Shown piece after piece: positions 10,837 through 21,441 of a stretch of 30,878 nt of DNA (position 1 is its first letter; the number at the start of each line of letters is the position of its first letter). Source of the DNA: Octopus sinensis (taxonomy: Eukaryota); contig NW_021832477.1 of assembly GCF_006345805.1 (NCBI RefSeq), positions 1 to 30,878 on the forward strand, given 5' to 3'. A program made the position numbers and the translations under genes. The notes under the pieces are model-generated. The model made no database searches. It saw nothing but the letters and a program-made list of their open reading frames with translations, and was not told the origin of the DNA.

Positions 10837-10915
10837 CTCTATACATAAAACTGAGAATGTGTGTCTGTCTGTGTGTTTCCCTAAACTTGAGAACTACACA
10901 ACCAATTTCATTCAA
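10837..10915 (+). mobile_element. Possible 5' end of a non-autonomous Helitron/Helentron-like element
   Basis: TCTATACATAAAA..GTGTGTCTGTCTGT..AACTACACAACCAATTTCATTCAAAC resembles such 5' termini. Pattern recall only. Confidence 0.35.
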
Positions 10916-10945
10916 ACGTGGGGATAATCGAAGTTCTTCTTATCT

Positions 10946-10958
10946 GTTACTACTACAG

Positions 10959-11012
<54 letters not shown>

Positions 11013-11030
11013 ATTCTAATACTACTACTA
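10946..11030. repeat. (TAC)n microsatellite
   Basis: Seen directly. Confidence 0.92.
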
Positions 11031-11199
11031 ACCTATTTATATAGGTTATGAGAGGTAATGGTGTCAAGGAGACCCAAATGTGTCAGGTAATGATGAGTAA
11101 GTGCTATGGACAGACTATAGTTAAGCTCCAGGTTCGGTGATTATGCAAATGAGGAGTCAAACGTAGGTCATATATTAACATGCATATATATAAAATTAA

Positions 11200-11470
11200 C
11201 AGAATGAAATTAAGATCCAAGACTGTGGAAGATTTCAGGACATTTCTAGAGAGAATACTTTACAGCTGTTTCCGGGATATTTATGTATCTCTTCATCGGA
11301 GACGGTGCGAGAAAATGATTAAGCAATAGATATTCTAGAATAACTATTGGTTAACCATTCTCTCACACCGTCATCGATGAAAGAATATATAAATATCCAT
11401 GGAACCGCTAAAAGACCTCTCTATAAATGCTCTGAAATCTTTCACAGCATTGGACTTTTATTTCATTCAG
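11200..11470. repeat. Imperfect ~270-bp palindrome (foldback/MITE-like)
   Basis: Arms of about 133 bp are centred on TATTCTAGAATA (11332-11343). Roughly three-quarters identity by eye. Termini GAATGAAAT / ATTTCATTC. Confidence 0.8.
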
Positions 11471-11613
11471 ATATATATATATATATATATATACATACAT
11501 ACCAATACATATATATATATATATATATAATATATATGTACGTATAAGTGCAAATGTATGTGGCTATCTATGATTGTTTACGAATTTCATTTTCAAATTT
11601 CTCAATCTCGAAT

Positions 11614-12595
11614 TATAGGTTGTCCATAAAAAGTGGACCTGGATTCCGTAAAGCAATTTTTCTTTATGAAATAGACATTTTCTAGTTTATCGGCCAGAGA
11701 AACAATAGAATTACCCGATCAACGACAAGTATTACTGCTAGTATATATATATATATATAATTTCACGGACAAACTCTATAGCGCGCCGACGGTTGGATGC
11801 ACACGATTGAATGCACGGTGACAGCGAGCAGTGACCTTCATGGAGTAGTATGCTGAGTAACATCGATGTGTATACTTCACACGATGTGGAATTTGTATTT
11901 TCGTGATGACGTGTATGAATAGGACGTGTATGGAAGAATGAACCAACATGAAATTTTACGTAAAAATTGGGAGGTCTGCTATAGAGAGATGGAGCATGCT
12001 TCGGCAAGCTTCTAGCGATGAGACAATGGGTCGTACATAATGTTTCAAGTTCACAGGTGTACGAGAGAATGACAGCTTAATCAAGAGCATTTTCAATATT
12101 TTTTCTACATCGTTGGTATTGTGCATTGAGAATTCGACCCCCAAGTCCAAAAGAGGGATCAACAGCGATATTTTAGGGCTTTTCAAGGATGACATTCGAG
12201 AAAACTGACTGGATTTGTGGTACGCGAATTATTGGATTTTTCACAACGACAATGTACTCTGTCACCACACTCGTGGGTTTCGTGCCAAAAGCAACATGCT
12301 ATCGCTTCTGTACATGTCCTTTTTGCCAGATTCAGCACCTGGTGACTTCCATCTCTTCCCCAAGATGAAAATACGGTTCAAAGATCGAGATCAATAGGAA
12401 TTTTAACACCGTTGTTGAGATCAAGACGTCTTCAAGAGGCCGGATACCAAAAGTGTCAAGAAAGCTGGATCGGGTGTATTCGAAAAGCTTTGCGGTGTAT
12501 TCCTGCACAAGGTGACTTTACCGAAGGAGATGAAGTTAATATAAGTTAGTGTTATTAATATAACTCATCCAGGAACATTACGATGCCACTTTGTA
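11614..12595 (+). mobile_element. Decayed, internally deleted mariner (DD34D-type) transposon
   Basis: MEE*TNMKFYVKIGRSAIE..MLRQA..DETMGR (N-terminal HTH); WIFHNDN; PDSAPGDFHLFPKMK; CIPAQGDFTEGD. Degenerate TIRs sharing CCTGGAT. Confidence 0.8.
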
Positions 12596-12600
12596 TGTAT

Positions 12601-12690
12601 ACGATGGGTTTCTTTTAGTTACCGTGAACAAATATACACGAGTTTGTTGTGCTGTAAGCCAGAGTACACGCAGTGGGACTGAATACAGTA
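12601..12690 (-). mobile_element. Degenerate tRNA-derived SINE fragment
   Basis: CACGCAGTGGGACTGAA (12667-12683) and upstream TTTC..AGTT..C..CAAAT resemble a common Octopus SINE. Recognition from memory only. Confidence 0.35.
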
Positions 12691-12759
12691 GAAAATATTA
12701 TATCACATTCATGCCAACGCCTAATCGTATGTACATATATATATATATATATATATATA

Positions 12760-13405
12760 CAGGTTGCAACACGAAATTGCCTCCATACCTGTTTAATTTC
12801 GCGCATGCGCATTCTTTGTTTTTGACTTTTGTCGACCACTCAGTATAGTATGATCAGTTGGGTACCGTCTGTGAGAAAAACAGCACCATGGCGTAATTCA
12901 CTCTGCCAGAAACTTTGGAAATGACATGCTGTACTGCTTGGCATCCGTGCCGAAAGATCTAATATGAACATTTCAGAGTGTTTGGGTGTCAGTCTGAGGA
13001 ATGTGCAATCCAAGGACATGTACTCCGACTGATAAAAATCAAACATCAAGTCAACATTATGGTGTTTGGAGTGATCACTGGTGATGGTGACATTATGCAT
13101 TCATTCACGGATTAGACTCAATATGGAGGGCTACATCAAGTGCCTGGAGAAGGTAGTGCATCCCTGGAGCAAAGGGATAGCTGATGGAAGATCCTATCTC
13201 TGGCAGCAAGACTCTGTACCATGCCATACCAACAGGAGATCCCAGCCATGGCTGTCAGACAAAATTCGCGACCACATCACCTCTAAAATCACGCCATATA
13301 ACTCCCTAGACTGGAACCCCCTTGATTATTATGCGTGGGGCGCAGTCGACTGAGAGGTCAGCAAAACCCCTTGTAGCATCAAAGATAAACTGAATGCAAG
13401 GATTA
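12760..13405 (+). mobile_element. maT-family (DD37D) Tc1/mariner fragment
   Basis: TA|CAGG start. KHQVNIMVFGVITGDG..YIKCLEKVVHPW..WQQDSVPCHT..NPLDYYAWGAV, with exactly 37 residues between the QQD and PLD aspartates. Confidence 0.85.
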
Positions 13406-13420
13406 TATATATATATACCT

Positions 13421-14030
13421 GACTCGTGGCCGTGGTACGTAAAATACTCCAATGTGACCGTACGACAGGCACCCATGCCAACCCCCTTTGCTTGTGAAGA
13501 CATGTTGGGGCAAGCGAAATCGAAATAGAATTGAACCAGCCAGGATCCCTGGTCTGGTGGTACGTAAAAAGCACTATCCGACTCGTGGCCGTGGCACGTA
13601 AAATACTCCAATGCGACCGTACGACAGGCACCCATGCCAACCCCCTTTGCTTGTGAAGACATGTTGGGGCAAGCGAAATCGAAATCGAATTGAACCAGCC
13701 AGGATCCCTGGTCTGGTGGTACGTAAAAGGCACTATCCGACTCGTGGCCGATGCCAGCACCGCTTCGACTGGCTTCCGTGACGGTGGCACATAAAATACA
13801 CCAATCTGACCGTGGCCGTTGCCAGCCTCGCCTGGCACCTGTGCAGGTGGCACGTAAAAAGCACCCACTACACTCACGGAGTGGTTGGCGTTAGGAAGGG
13901 CATCCAGCTGTAGAAACATTGCCAGATTAGACTGGAGCCTGGTGCAGCCTTCTGGCTTCCCAGAACCCCGGTCGAACCGTCCAACCCATGCTAGCATGGA
14001 GAACGGACGTTAAACGATGATGATGATGAT
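13421..14030 (+). mobile_element. SINE/RTE-associated retroposon with a 159-bp internal tandem duplication and a (GAT)n tail
   Basis: GACTCGTGGCCG at 13421, 13580 and 13739. The 3' part is GAGTGGTTGGCGTTAGGAAGGGCATCCAGC..CCAACCCATGCTAGCATGGA..GGACGTTAAAC(GAT)n. Confidence 0.7.
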
Positions 14031-14308
14031 ATGTACATACATACAGAAATGCATACACTATATATACACTATATAAATACGGGTGAATGTGGTTTTTATG
14101 TGTTTTTAGAGCTACGAGACTCTGAAACTTTGCGTCCTCGAGTAAAACGAATTTGATATCCGAAATCCGATTCCCAAGGTAAACATCGTCCATAAAATAT
14201 AATAAATATCATAATCCTCCACGTGAAATAACCCAACTTTGAGATCTCAACCTCCCACTCTATATCTTTCACTACCCATGTATCTTATATTAGCCATACT
14301 ATTTGATG

Positions 14309-14327
14309 CTCTCTCTCTCTCTCTCAC

Positions 14328-14362
<35 letters not shown>
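14309..14362. repeat. (TC)n microsatellite
   Basis: Seen directly. Confidence 0.95.
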
Positions 14363-14833
14363 GTGAATTAAAAACCAATCATTGCTTTCATTTTGTTTAA
14401 AATCTCTCCAACTTCTACTTTATGATACAAGTGTTCACACACAAACAGCTTAGCTTCCAAATCTTGTTTTCTGGGTAAAAATGATAAAACTTCGAACCTC
14501 TGATGTGTTTTCTAAACTTTTTCTCGAATAAACGAATAAATTTCAAAATTTCCACATACTTTTCAAATTTCAAATTCTGTGACACAAATCGAAAAGTTCG
14601 CTCTCTAATTGCTTATTTCTTTTCTTTTCTCATAGTAAACCTTCTCACACATTATGAACGTATACCGTTCACACTAAGTGCGTGTCGTGTTCCTAATATA
14701 TATATAGGTGTGTCTGTGTGTGTGCCATTGTGTCTGCGTGTGTGGATGTAAGAATGAGTGCGTATTGTTTGTGCGTTATTGTGTTATACCTATGAGCATA
14801 AGAATTATATTCACATACTTATATATGCATATA

Positions 14834-14887
<54 letters not shown>

Positions 14888-14929
14888 GATATGGTATATA
14901 TATATATTTATATATAGATATAATATATT

Positions 14930-14977
<48 letters not shown>

Positions 14978-14994
14978 TATATATGGAATTTAGG

Positions 14995-15030
<36 letters not shown>

Positions 15031-15383
15031 GAATTAAGAGTTTAATTATAATGTCTTCATTTATGTTGCAAGTTTATTTTATGCTATTTAGACCTGAAGA
15101 GTAGCTATGTATCTTTGGATCGAAGAAATATTAATTTTTCAGATAATCAATTTTGACATGTCGATATTTACTATATCGTCACGAAATGCGCCTGTCGATT
15201 TTATGTGCATTATTAGTATAGTATGATTTAGCATATAATTAATGATATATTTATATTTATTTTTATTATAGATAATATCTTTCATTCTTAATTGAATACT
15301 TTATGGAGGGTCTGTCTCTTAATTATATATATATATGCATACATATATATGTGTGTGTGTGTGTAAACACACCTATATATATA

Positions 15384-15426
<43 letters not shown>

Positions 15427-15570
15427 TGAGTAGTGAATGAATTATCTTATTAAGGATAATTCGAAATATAACCGATACCCGGGTAGAAAATTCACATCAA
15501 AAGAACACGGTTGAAGCTACGTCTGTAGAGTATAGACTACGTGCTTTCGTGCGGAAATTGGTATGTTATT

Positions 15571-15705
15571 TAAAATATATAAGTATATGAAAGAATGGAG
15601 TTGAACGACTGGTTAACAAGTATCCTTTATCTCGACATATGTTTCGAAGGCTGCTACTTGTAACCAGTCGTTCAACTCCATTCTTTCATATACTTATATA
15701 TTTTA
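15571..15705. repeat. Near-perfect hairpin (52/51-nt arms, 32-nt loop) containing a half hammerhead on the - strand
   Basis: 15571-15622 is the reverse complement of 15655-15705 with a single 1-nt bulge. The loop reads CGAAA-CATAT-GTC-GAGATAAAGG on the minus strand. Confidence 0.9.
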
Positions 15706-15730
15706 ATAATATACTTATATATTTTAATAA

Positions 15731-15762
<32 letters not shown>

Positions 15763-16080
15763 CATGCACACGTATATCCATGCATACCAGTATATATCAT
15801 ATATACACTCTCACACACACACATATATATATAGTGAATATTATCTTCCAATTATTCAAGTCATTAATCTGCAACCATGCTGGCAACCCTCCTAGAAGTA
15901 TTTTTATTCGAATATATTCTCCACAGTATTAAGTTTTGAAAGTCTGTTACTTATTATATCGTTCTCTTTGAGGAACTGTTTAAGTTACGGGGACGGAATA
16001 TCTCCAGAGACTAATACAACCACAATGATTAAGCTCACACACACACACATACACCCATGTATCTATGTATATATACATAA

Positions 16081-16225
16081 GACAGGCCACTTTCAGTTTC
16101 TGACAAGAAAATGGACTCACGGCACGAGTATATAGAATTGGACACTTGGTGAATGCATCACGTATTAACACTGAACCCCTACTCCTTGTGTTGCAAATCA
16201 AGCTTCTTATCACGCAGACACGCCA
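16081..16225 (-). mobile_element. Degenerate tRNA-derived SINE
   Basis: Blocks TTTCAGTTTC, ACTCAC, GACACTTG, ACTGAACCC and CAAGCTTCTTATCACGCAG occur in the order of a common Octopus SINE. Recognition from memory. Confidence 0.4.
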
Positions 16226-16303
16226 TTGACTTTATACACACATACACTTATATAGATATACACATATATATATATATATATGTATGTATATATATATATA
16301 TTT

Positions 16304-18271
16304 TAAGGTATGTAGAAAAATACAACATGGAAAGAACGTATACTCATAGAAGACGATACAATAAACATGGACAGGACTTCGAACCTCAGTCTTCAGTCAA
16401 GAACCGGATCATCGTAGTAATTTCGGCTGATTATCTTGAGATTACTAGATCACGGCCAGCCCTCCAAGAAAACAGCTGGAAGCGTAGATTTCCAGGAAGA
16501 AGGATCGTATGCATACGAACACCAGGACAGCAAAAGGGACAGATATAAAAAAAAAACAAAAAACATAATGGAAACAGAAACATGAAATACAGAAGCATTA
16601 ACGGTGAAAACAACAAGTGTCTTACGACTGATAACAAGCAAACAATTTTTTCTCTGGCGCATTGGAAAAAGCCTTTATAGCGGCGGACGAAAAACAACGA
16701 TGTTAACACGACGAGGGGCAGGAGCTAAAGGCAGATTTCGGCCAACAGTCACGTGACAGAGAAGAGGGAAAAGAAAAGAAGAGAAGCAAAGGAAGAGAGA
16801 GAGAGAAAAGGGGGACAAAACGCCAACAAAGAGAGAGAAGAGAGAGAAGAAGGAATCAGAGAGGAGAAGGGATGGGTGTCGAAGAATGACCTGTGAGTGC
16901 AGAGCGAGACAAAGAAATAGGAGGTAGTGGAAGACTGGACCAAAGATCAGAGGAAAGAGAAGATGAATAGAGAGTAAAAAAAAATGAGAGAGAGAGAGAG
17001 ACAAACAGAGAGTCGTACCAATTATTAAGAATATGTGTTCACATTAATGATAAAGGGGGTACGGGGCGCCTGGAATATAAGTTAAGGTATGTAAAAAATA
17101 CAACATGGACAGAACGTATAACTCATAGAAGACGATACAATAACCATGGACAGGACATTCGAACCCCTCAGTCTTCAGTCAAGAACCGGATCATCGTAGT
17201 AATTTCGGCTGATTAATCTTGAGATTACTAGATCACGGCCAGCCCTCCAAGAAAAACTAAGCTGGAAGCGTAGATTTTTCCTGAAGAAGGATCGAATGCA
17301 TACGAACACCAGGACAGCAAAAGGGACAGATATAAAAAAAAACAAAAACAATAATGGAATACAGAAACATGAATACAGAAGCATTAACGGTGAAAACAAC
17401 AAGTGTCTTACGACTGATAACAAGCAAACAAATTTTTTCTCTGGCGCATTGGAAAAAGCCTTTATAGCGGCGGACGAAAAACAACGATGTTAACACGACG
17501 AGGGTCAGGAGCTGAAAGGCAGATTTCGGCCAACAGTCACGTGACAGAGAAGAGGGAAAAGAAAAGAAGAGAAGCAAAGGAAGAGAGAGAGAGAAAAGGG
17601 GGACAAAACGCAACAAGAGAGAGAAGAGAGAGAAAGAAGGAATCAGAGAGGAGAAGGGATGGGTGTCGAAGAATGACCTGTGAGTGCAGAGCGAGACAAA
17701 GAAATAGGAGGTAGTGAAGACTGGACCAAAGGATCAGGAAAGAGAAGATGAATAGAGAGAAAGTAAAAATGAGAGAGAGAGAGAGACCAACAGAGAGTCG
17801 TACCATTATTAAGATATGTGTTCACATTAATGATAAATGGGGTACGGGGCGCCTGGATATAAGTTAAGGTATGTAGAAAAATACAACATGGACAAGAACG
17901 TATAACTCATAGAAGACGATACAAGACACATGGGACAGACATTCGAACCCCTCAGTCTTCAGTCAAGAACCGGATCATCGTAGTAATTTCGGCTGATTAA
18001 TCTTGAGATTACTAGATCACGGCCAGCCCTCCAAGAAAAACTAAGCTGGAAGCGTAGATTTCCTGGAAGAAGGATCGAATGCATACGAACACCAGGACAG
18101 CAAAAGGGACAGATATAAAAAAAAAACAAAAACAATAATGGAATACAGAAACATGAAATACAGAAGCATTAACGGTGAAAACACAACAATGTGTCTTACG
18201 ACTGATAACAAGCAAACAAATATTTTCTCTGGCGCATGGAAAAAAGCCTTATAGCGGCGGACGAAAAACAA

Positions 18272-18274
<3 letters not shown>
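16304..18274 (+). repeat. ~780-bp tandem array (2.5 copies), possibly a PLE pLTR with a GIY-YIG C-terminal remnant
   Basis: TAAGGTATG at 16304, 17083 and 17865. Frameshifted YEHQ..NGIQKH..LEKAFI..(N)xDEGQEL, followed by a purine-rich tail. The tandem structure is certain; the PLE origin is tentative. Confidence 0.75.
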
Positions 18275-18365
<91 letters not shown>

Positions 18366-18420
18366 CGTAGATGTACTCGCATAGCAAGTAATTTGATCTG
18401 AGATCGTGTGCTGAAACGAA

Positions 18421-19383
18421 AACAATTGCAGCGTGGAGGGTTTTTATAAGCCATTTAAGAAACACCCAAAAGCCGTTCGATTCACTTCAACATTTAGGTT
18501 TAATTTGTCAAAATATTTTCGTCTCTAAAATCCGCGACCTGTTCACTGACAAAGTCCGTGCTGCATCTAAGAAAGTAAAAGTTAGTCCGTCATATATATG
18601 TACGTATGTATGCATACATGTGTGTATGTATGTACGTATGCATGTATGTACATACGCCTGTGTATACATGTATGTATGTATGTATGTATGTATGTATGTA
18701 TGTATGTATGTATGTATGTATGTATGTATGTATGTATATATGTATGTATGTATGTATGTATATATGTATGTGTGTATATGCACGCACATACACTCTATAA
18801 AACATAAAGCTATAAACCTGTAGCGATGGATGAATGTAGAGTGACCACTCATCACAAAGCTATCAAATTTCAACTTCCTCCGGCCGATGCTAGAAAGTGA
18901 TTTATGACGCTTACTCCCAAAATTATACCCTAAAATCTATTATCACATCTTTATCTCTATATCACAGAACTATTGTTTTACTATGGTGCGTATGTATGTA
19001 TGTGCGTATGTATGTATGTATGCATGTATGTGTCTGTTATGTATGTATGTATGTATTTGTGTATGTATGTGTGTATGTACATACGTACGCATGTGCGTAT
19101 TATGTATACGCGCTCGTATGCATGTGCCCATGTATGTGTGTGCGTACATGTACGTGTGTATGTACGTGTGTATGCCCATACGTAGGTATGTATGTATGTT
19201 TGTATTCATGTGCTACGTATCTAGTGTGAGTGTCTATGAGAATGGGCAGACGTGTCAGTGTGTACATGTATGTGTATGTGAACGTAGTCCCTGTACTGGC
19301 ATGTGTCCGTCCAAGTTGTGTACATGACTGTTACTTTGCTGAAGGTTGTATACATATTCACATATATGTTTGTATAGACGCAC

Positions 19384-19415
<32 letters not shown>

Positions 19416-19900
19416 AGGTGTGTGTTTGGTTCTCTCATCATCGTCTAACCGGAGGAAGTTGAAATTTGATAGCTTTGTGATGAGTGGTCCTCTACATCCA
19501 TCCATCGCTACAGGTTAATAGCTTTATGTTTTATAGAGTGTATGTGCGTGCATATACACACACATACATACATACATACATACATACATACATACATACA
19601 TACATACATACATACATACATACATACATACATACATACATGCATACACAGGCGTATGTACATACATGCATACGTACATACATACACACATGTATGCATA
19701 CATACACACATACATACGTACATATATATGACGAACTAACTTTTACTTTCTTAGATGCAGCACGGACTTTGTCAGTGAACAGGTCGCGGATTTTAGCGAC
19801 GAAAATATTTTGACAAATTAAACTTAAATGTTGAAGTGAATCGAACGGCTTTTGTGTGTTTCTTAAATGGCTTATAAACACCTTCCACGCTGCAATTGTT
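18421..19900. repeat. 1.48-kb foldback: inverted arms 18421-18883 and 19449-19900 around a 565-bp microsatellite-rich spacer
   Basis: AACAATTGCAGCGTGG ... CCACGCTGCAATTGTT. The arms are highly similar, including an internal (TATG)n/(CATA)n tract. Confidence 0.93.
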
Positions 19901-20314
19901 ATATATATATATATATATATAAGAAATTACAGGGTAAATGTTTTTTAAATTTTCTCCTGTTTACGGAATTGACTTTTATTTGCGGTTGAAGCTTTGGCTG
20001 TTATTTCTAGTGGGTGAATGGCCTATTATGGCCGTTCCTTGATTGTTGATGTTGAACTTAAAAATGGTCTATGACTATTTAATTTTTTCCCACTAGGCCC
20101 TGGTGGCAAAAAATTTTCTACAAAATTTTTTTTTTTGGCACCCTATATTGATTAATTATGAATTTTCTGGTTAATTCCGTAATGCAATCGACGGCTTATA
20201 TTTATTTGCTGCCGATAAATTTGGCGCGGGTGCGATGATTTGAAAATTTTAGGTCAGATATTAACTGGCAGGGTCGGAAATGCCTCGTGAAAATATCTGT
20301 TCCGACTTGTGGCT

Positions 20315-20419
20315 ATTTCTTACTGAAGAATCTGAGGGCCTATGAAGATTGGCTTGATTAATTTAATCAGGTTAGTTTACCATTAAACAGCAGACGAAAC
20401 GGTGCATCGTATAAGAAAT
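20315..20419 (+). ncRNA. Type I hammerhead HHR5 (array copy 1)
   Basis: Helix I ATTTCTTA/TAAGAAAT (8 bp). CTGAAGA at 20323-20329. A10.1.C11.1 mismatch followed by TCTG/CAGA. GAAA at 20396-20399. Helix III ACGG-TGCA-TCGT is a near-palindrome. GTA triplet with the cut after 20411. Confidence 0.85.
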
Positions 20420-20806
20420 TACAGGGTAAATGTTTTTAAATTTTCTCCTGTTTACGGAATTGACTTTTATTTGCGGTTGAAGCTTTGGCTGTTATTTCTA
20501 GTGGGTGAATGGCCTATTATGGCCGTTCCTTGATTGTTGATGTTGAACTTAAAAATGGTCTATGACTATTTAATTTTTTCCCACTAGCCGCCGTGTGGCA
20601 AAAAAATTCTACAAAATTTTTTTTTTTGGCACCCTATATTGATTAATTATGAATTTTCTGGTTAATTCCGTAATGGAATCGACGGCTTATATTTATTTGC
20701 TGCCGATAAATTTGGCGCGAGTGCGATGATTTGAAAATTTTAGGTCAGATATTAACTTGGCAGGGTCGGAAATGCCTCGTGAAAATATCTGTTCCGACTT
20801 GTGGCT

Positions 20807-20911
20807 TTTCTTACTGAAGAATCTGAGGGCCTATGGAAGATTGGCTTGATTTAATTTAATCAGGTTAGTTTACCATTAAACAGCAGACGAAACGGTGCAT
20901 CGTATAAGAAA
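20807..20911 (+). ncRNA. Type I hammerhead HHR6 (array copy 2)
   Basis: Same fold as HHR5. CTGAAGA at 20814-20820, GAAA at 20889-20892, cut after 20904. Confidence 0.85.
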
Positions 20912-21406
20912 TTACAGGGTAAATGTTTTTTAAATTTTCTCCTGTTTACGGATTGACTTTTATTTGCGGTTGAAGCTTTGGCTGTTATTTCTAGTGGGTG
21001 AATGGCCTATTATGGCCGTTCCTTGATTGTTGATGTTGAACTTAAAATGGTCTATGACTATTTAATTTTTTCCCACTAGGCCGCTGGTGGCAAAAAAATT
21101 CTACAAAATTTTTTTTTTTGGCACCCTATATTGATTAATTATATATATATATATATATTATATATATATATATATATTGTACGCTCAAGCCGTCACACTT
21201 GTTTTATCAGCTTTAAACACCTACACATTGGAATTACTACTGCCTGGACTTTCTGCACCTCTCCGATTCTACATATCAGCACTCTACCGCACCCCGATTG
21301 CCACTTGATATACTTATGGATTTCACGTGAGTCATCTGTTAATGAAAAATCCCTCCAATACACTACACTTTTAATCCTTTTTGAACTTCTGTTTTTTCCT
21401 CTTTTT

Positions 21407-21441
21407 CTTTATTTTGAAGATCGTAAGCTCGAAACGTAAAG
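21407..21441 (+). ncRNA. Decayed minimal hammerhead-like motif
   Basis: TTGAAGA-TCGTAAGCTC-GAAA-CG-TA with C3U and G10.1U changes, an ACGT palindrome and a weak helix I. Follows a pyrimidine-rich PLE-tail-like stretch. Confidence 0.3.

Larger units (their letters stand above)
19920..21142 (+). repeat. 492/493-bp non-coding tandem array (2 monomers plus ~237 bp) carrying hammerheads, inserted in (TA)n
   Basis: TAAGAAATTACAGGG at 19920, 20412 and 20905. (TA)n on both flanks. No ORF similarity noted. Confidence 0.93.

Noticed and set aside
11135-11180. ATGAGGAGTCAAACGTAGGTC as a degenerate hammerhead
   Set aside because: G12 is missing and there is no helix I pairing.
13421-13750. 159-bp repeats, or the recurring TGGCACGTAAAA motif, as a CRISPR-like array
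   Set aside because: The units are whole tandem duplications without unique spacers. The context is eukaryotic and no cas genes are present.
14050-14700. Unique-looking AT-rich sequence as a host exon or regulatory region
   Set aside because: No convincing ORF, splice pattern or motif; left unannotated.
16900-17020. ATGAATA...AAA...GTCGTACCAATT in the 780-bp unit as another A3-U8 hammerhead
   Set aside because: Helices I and II cannot pair and G12 is absent. Probably chance in purine-rich sequence.
17275-17310. CTGAAGA-AGGATC-GAA-TGCA-TA in copy 2 of the 780-bp unit
   Set aside because: The core is not shared by copies 1 and 3, GAAA is incomplete, and there is no helix I.
18508-19881. Many MYVC/HTYI-repeat ORFs
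   Set aside because: Translations of (TATG)n/(CATA)n. The same applies to the IY- and LSIY-repeat ORFs elsewhere.
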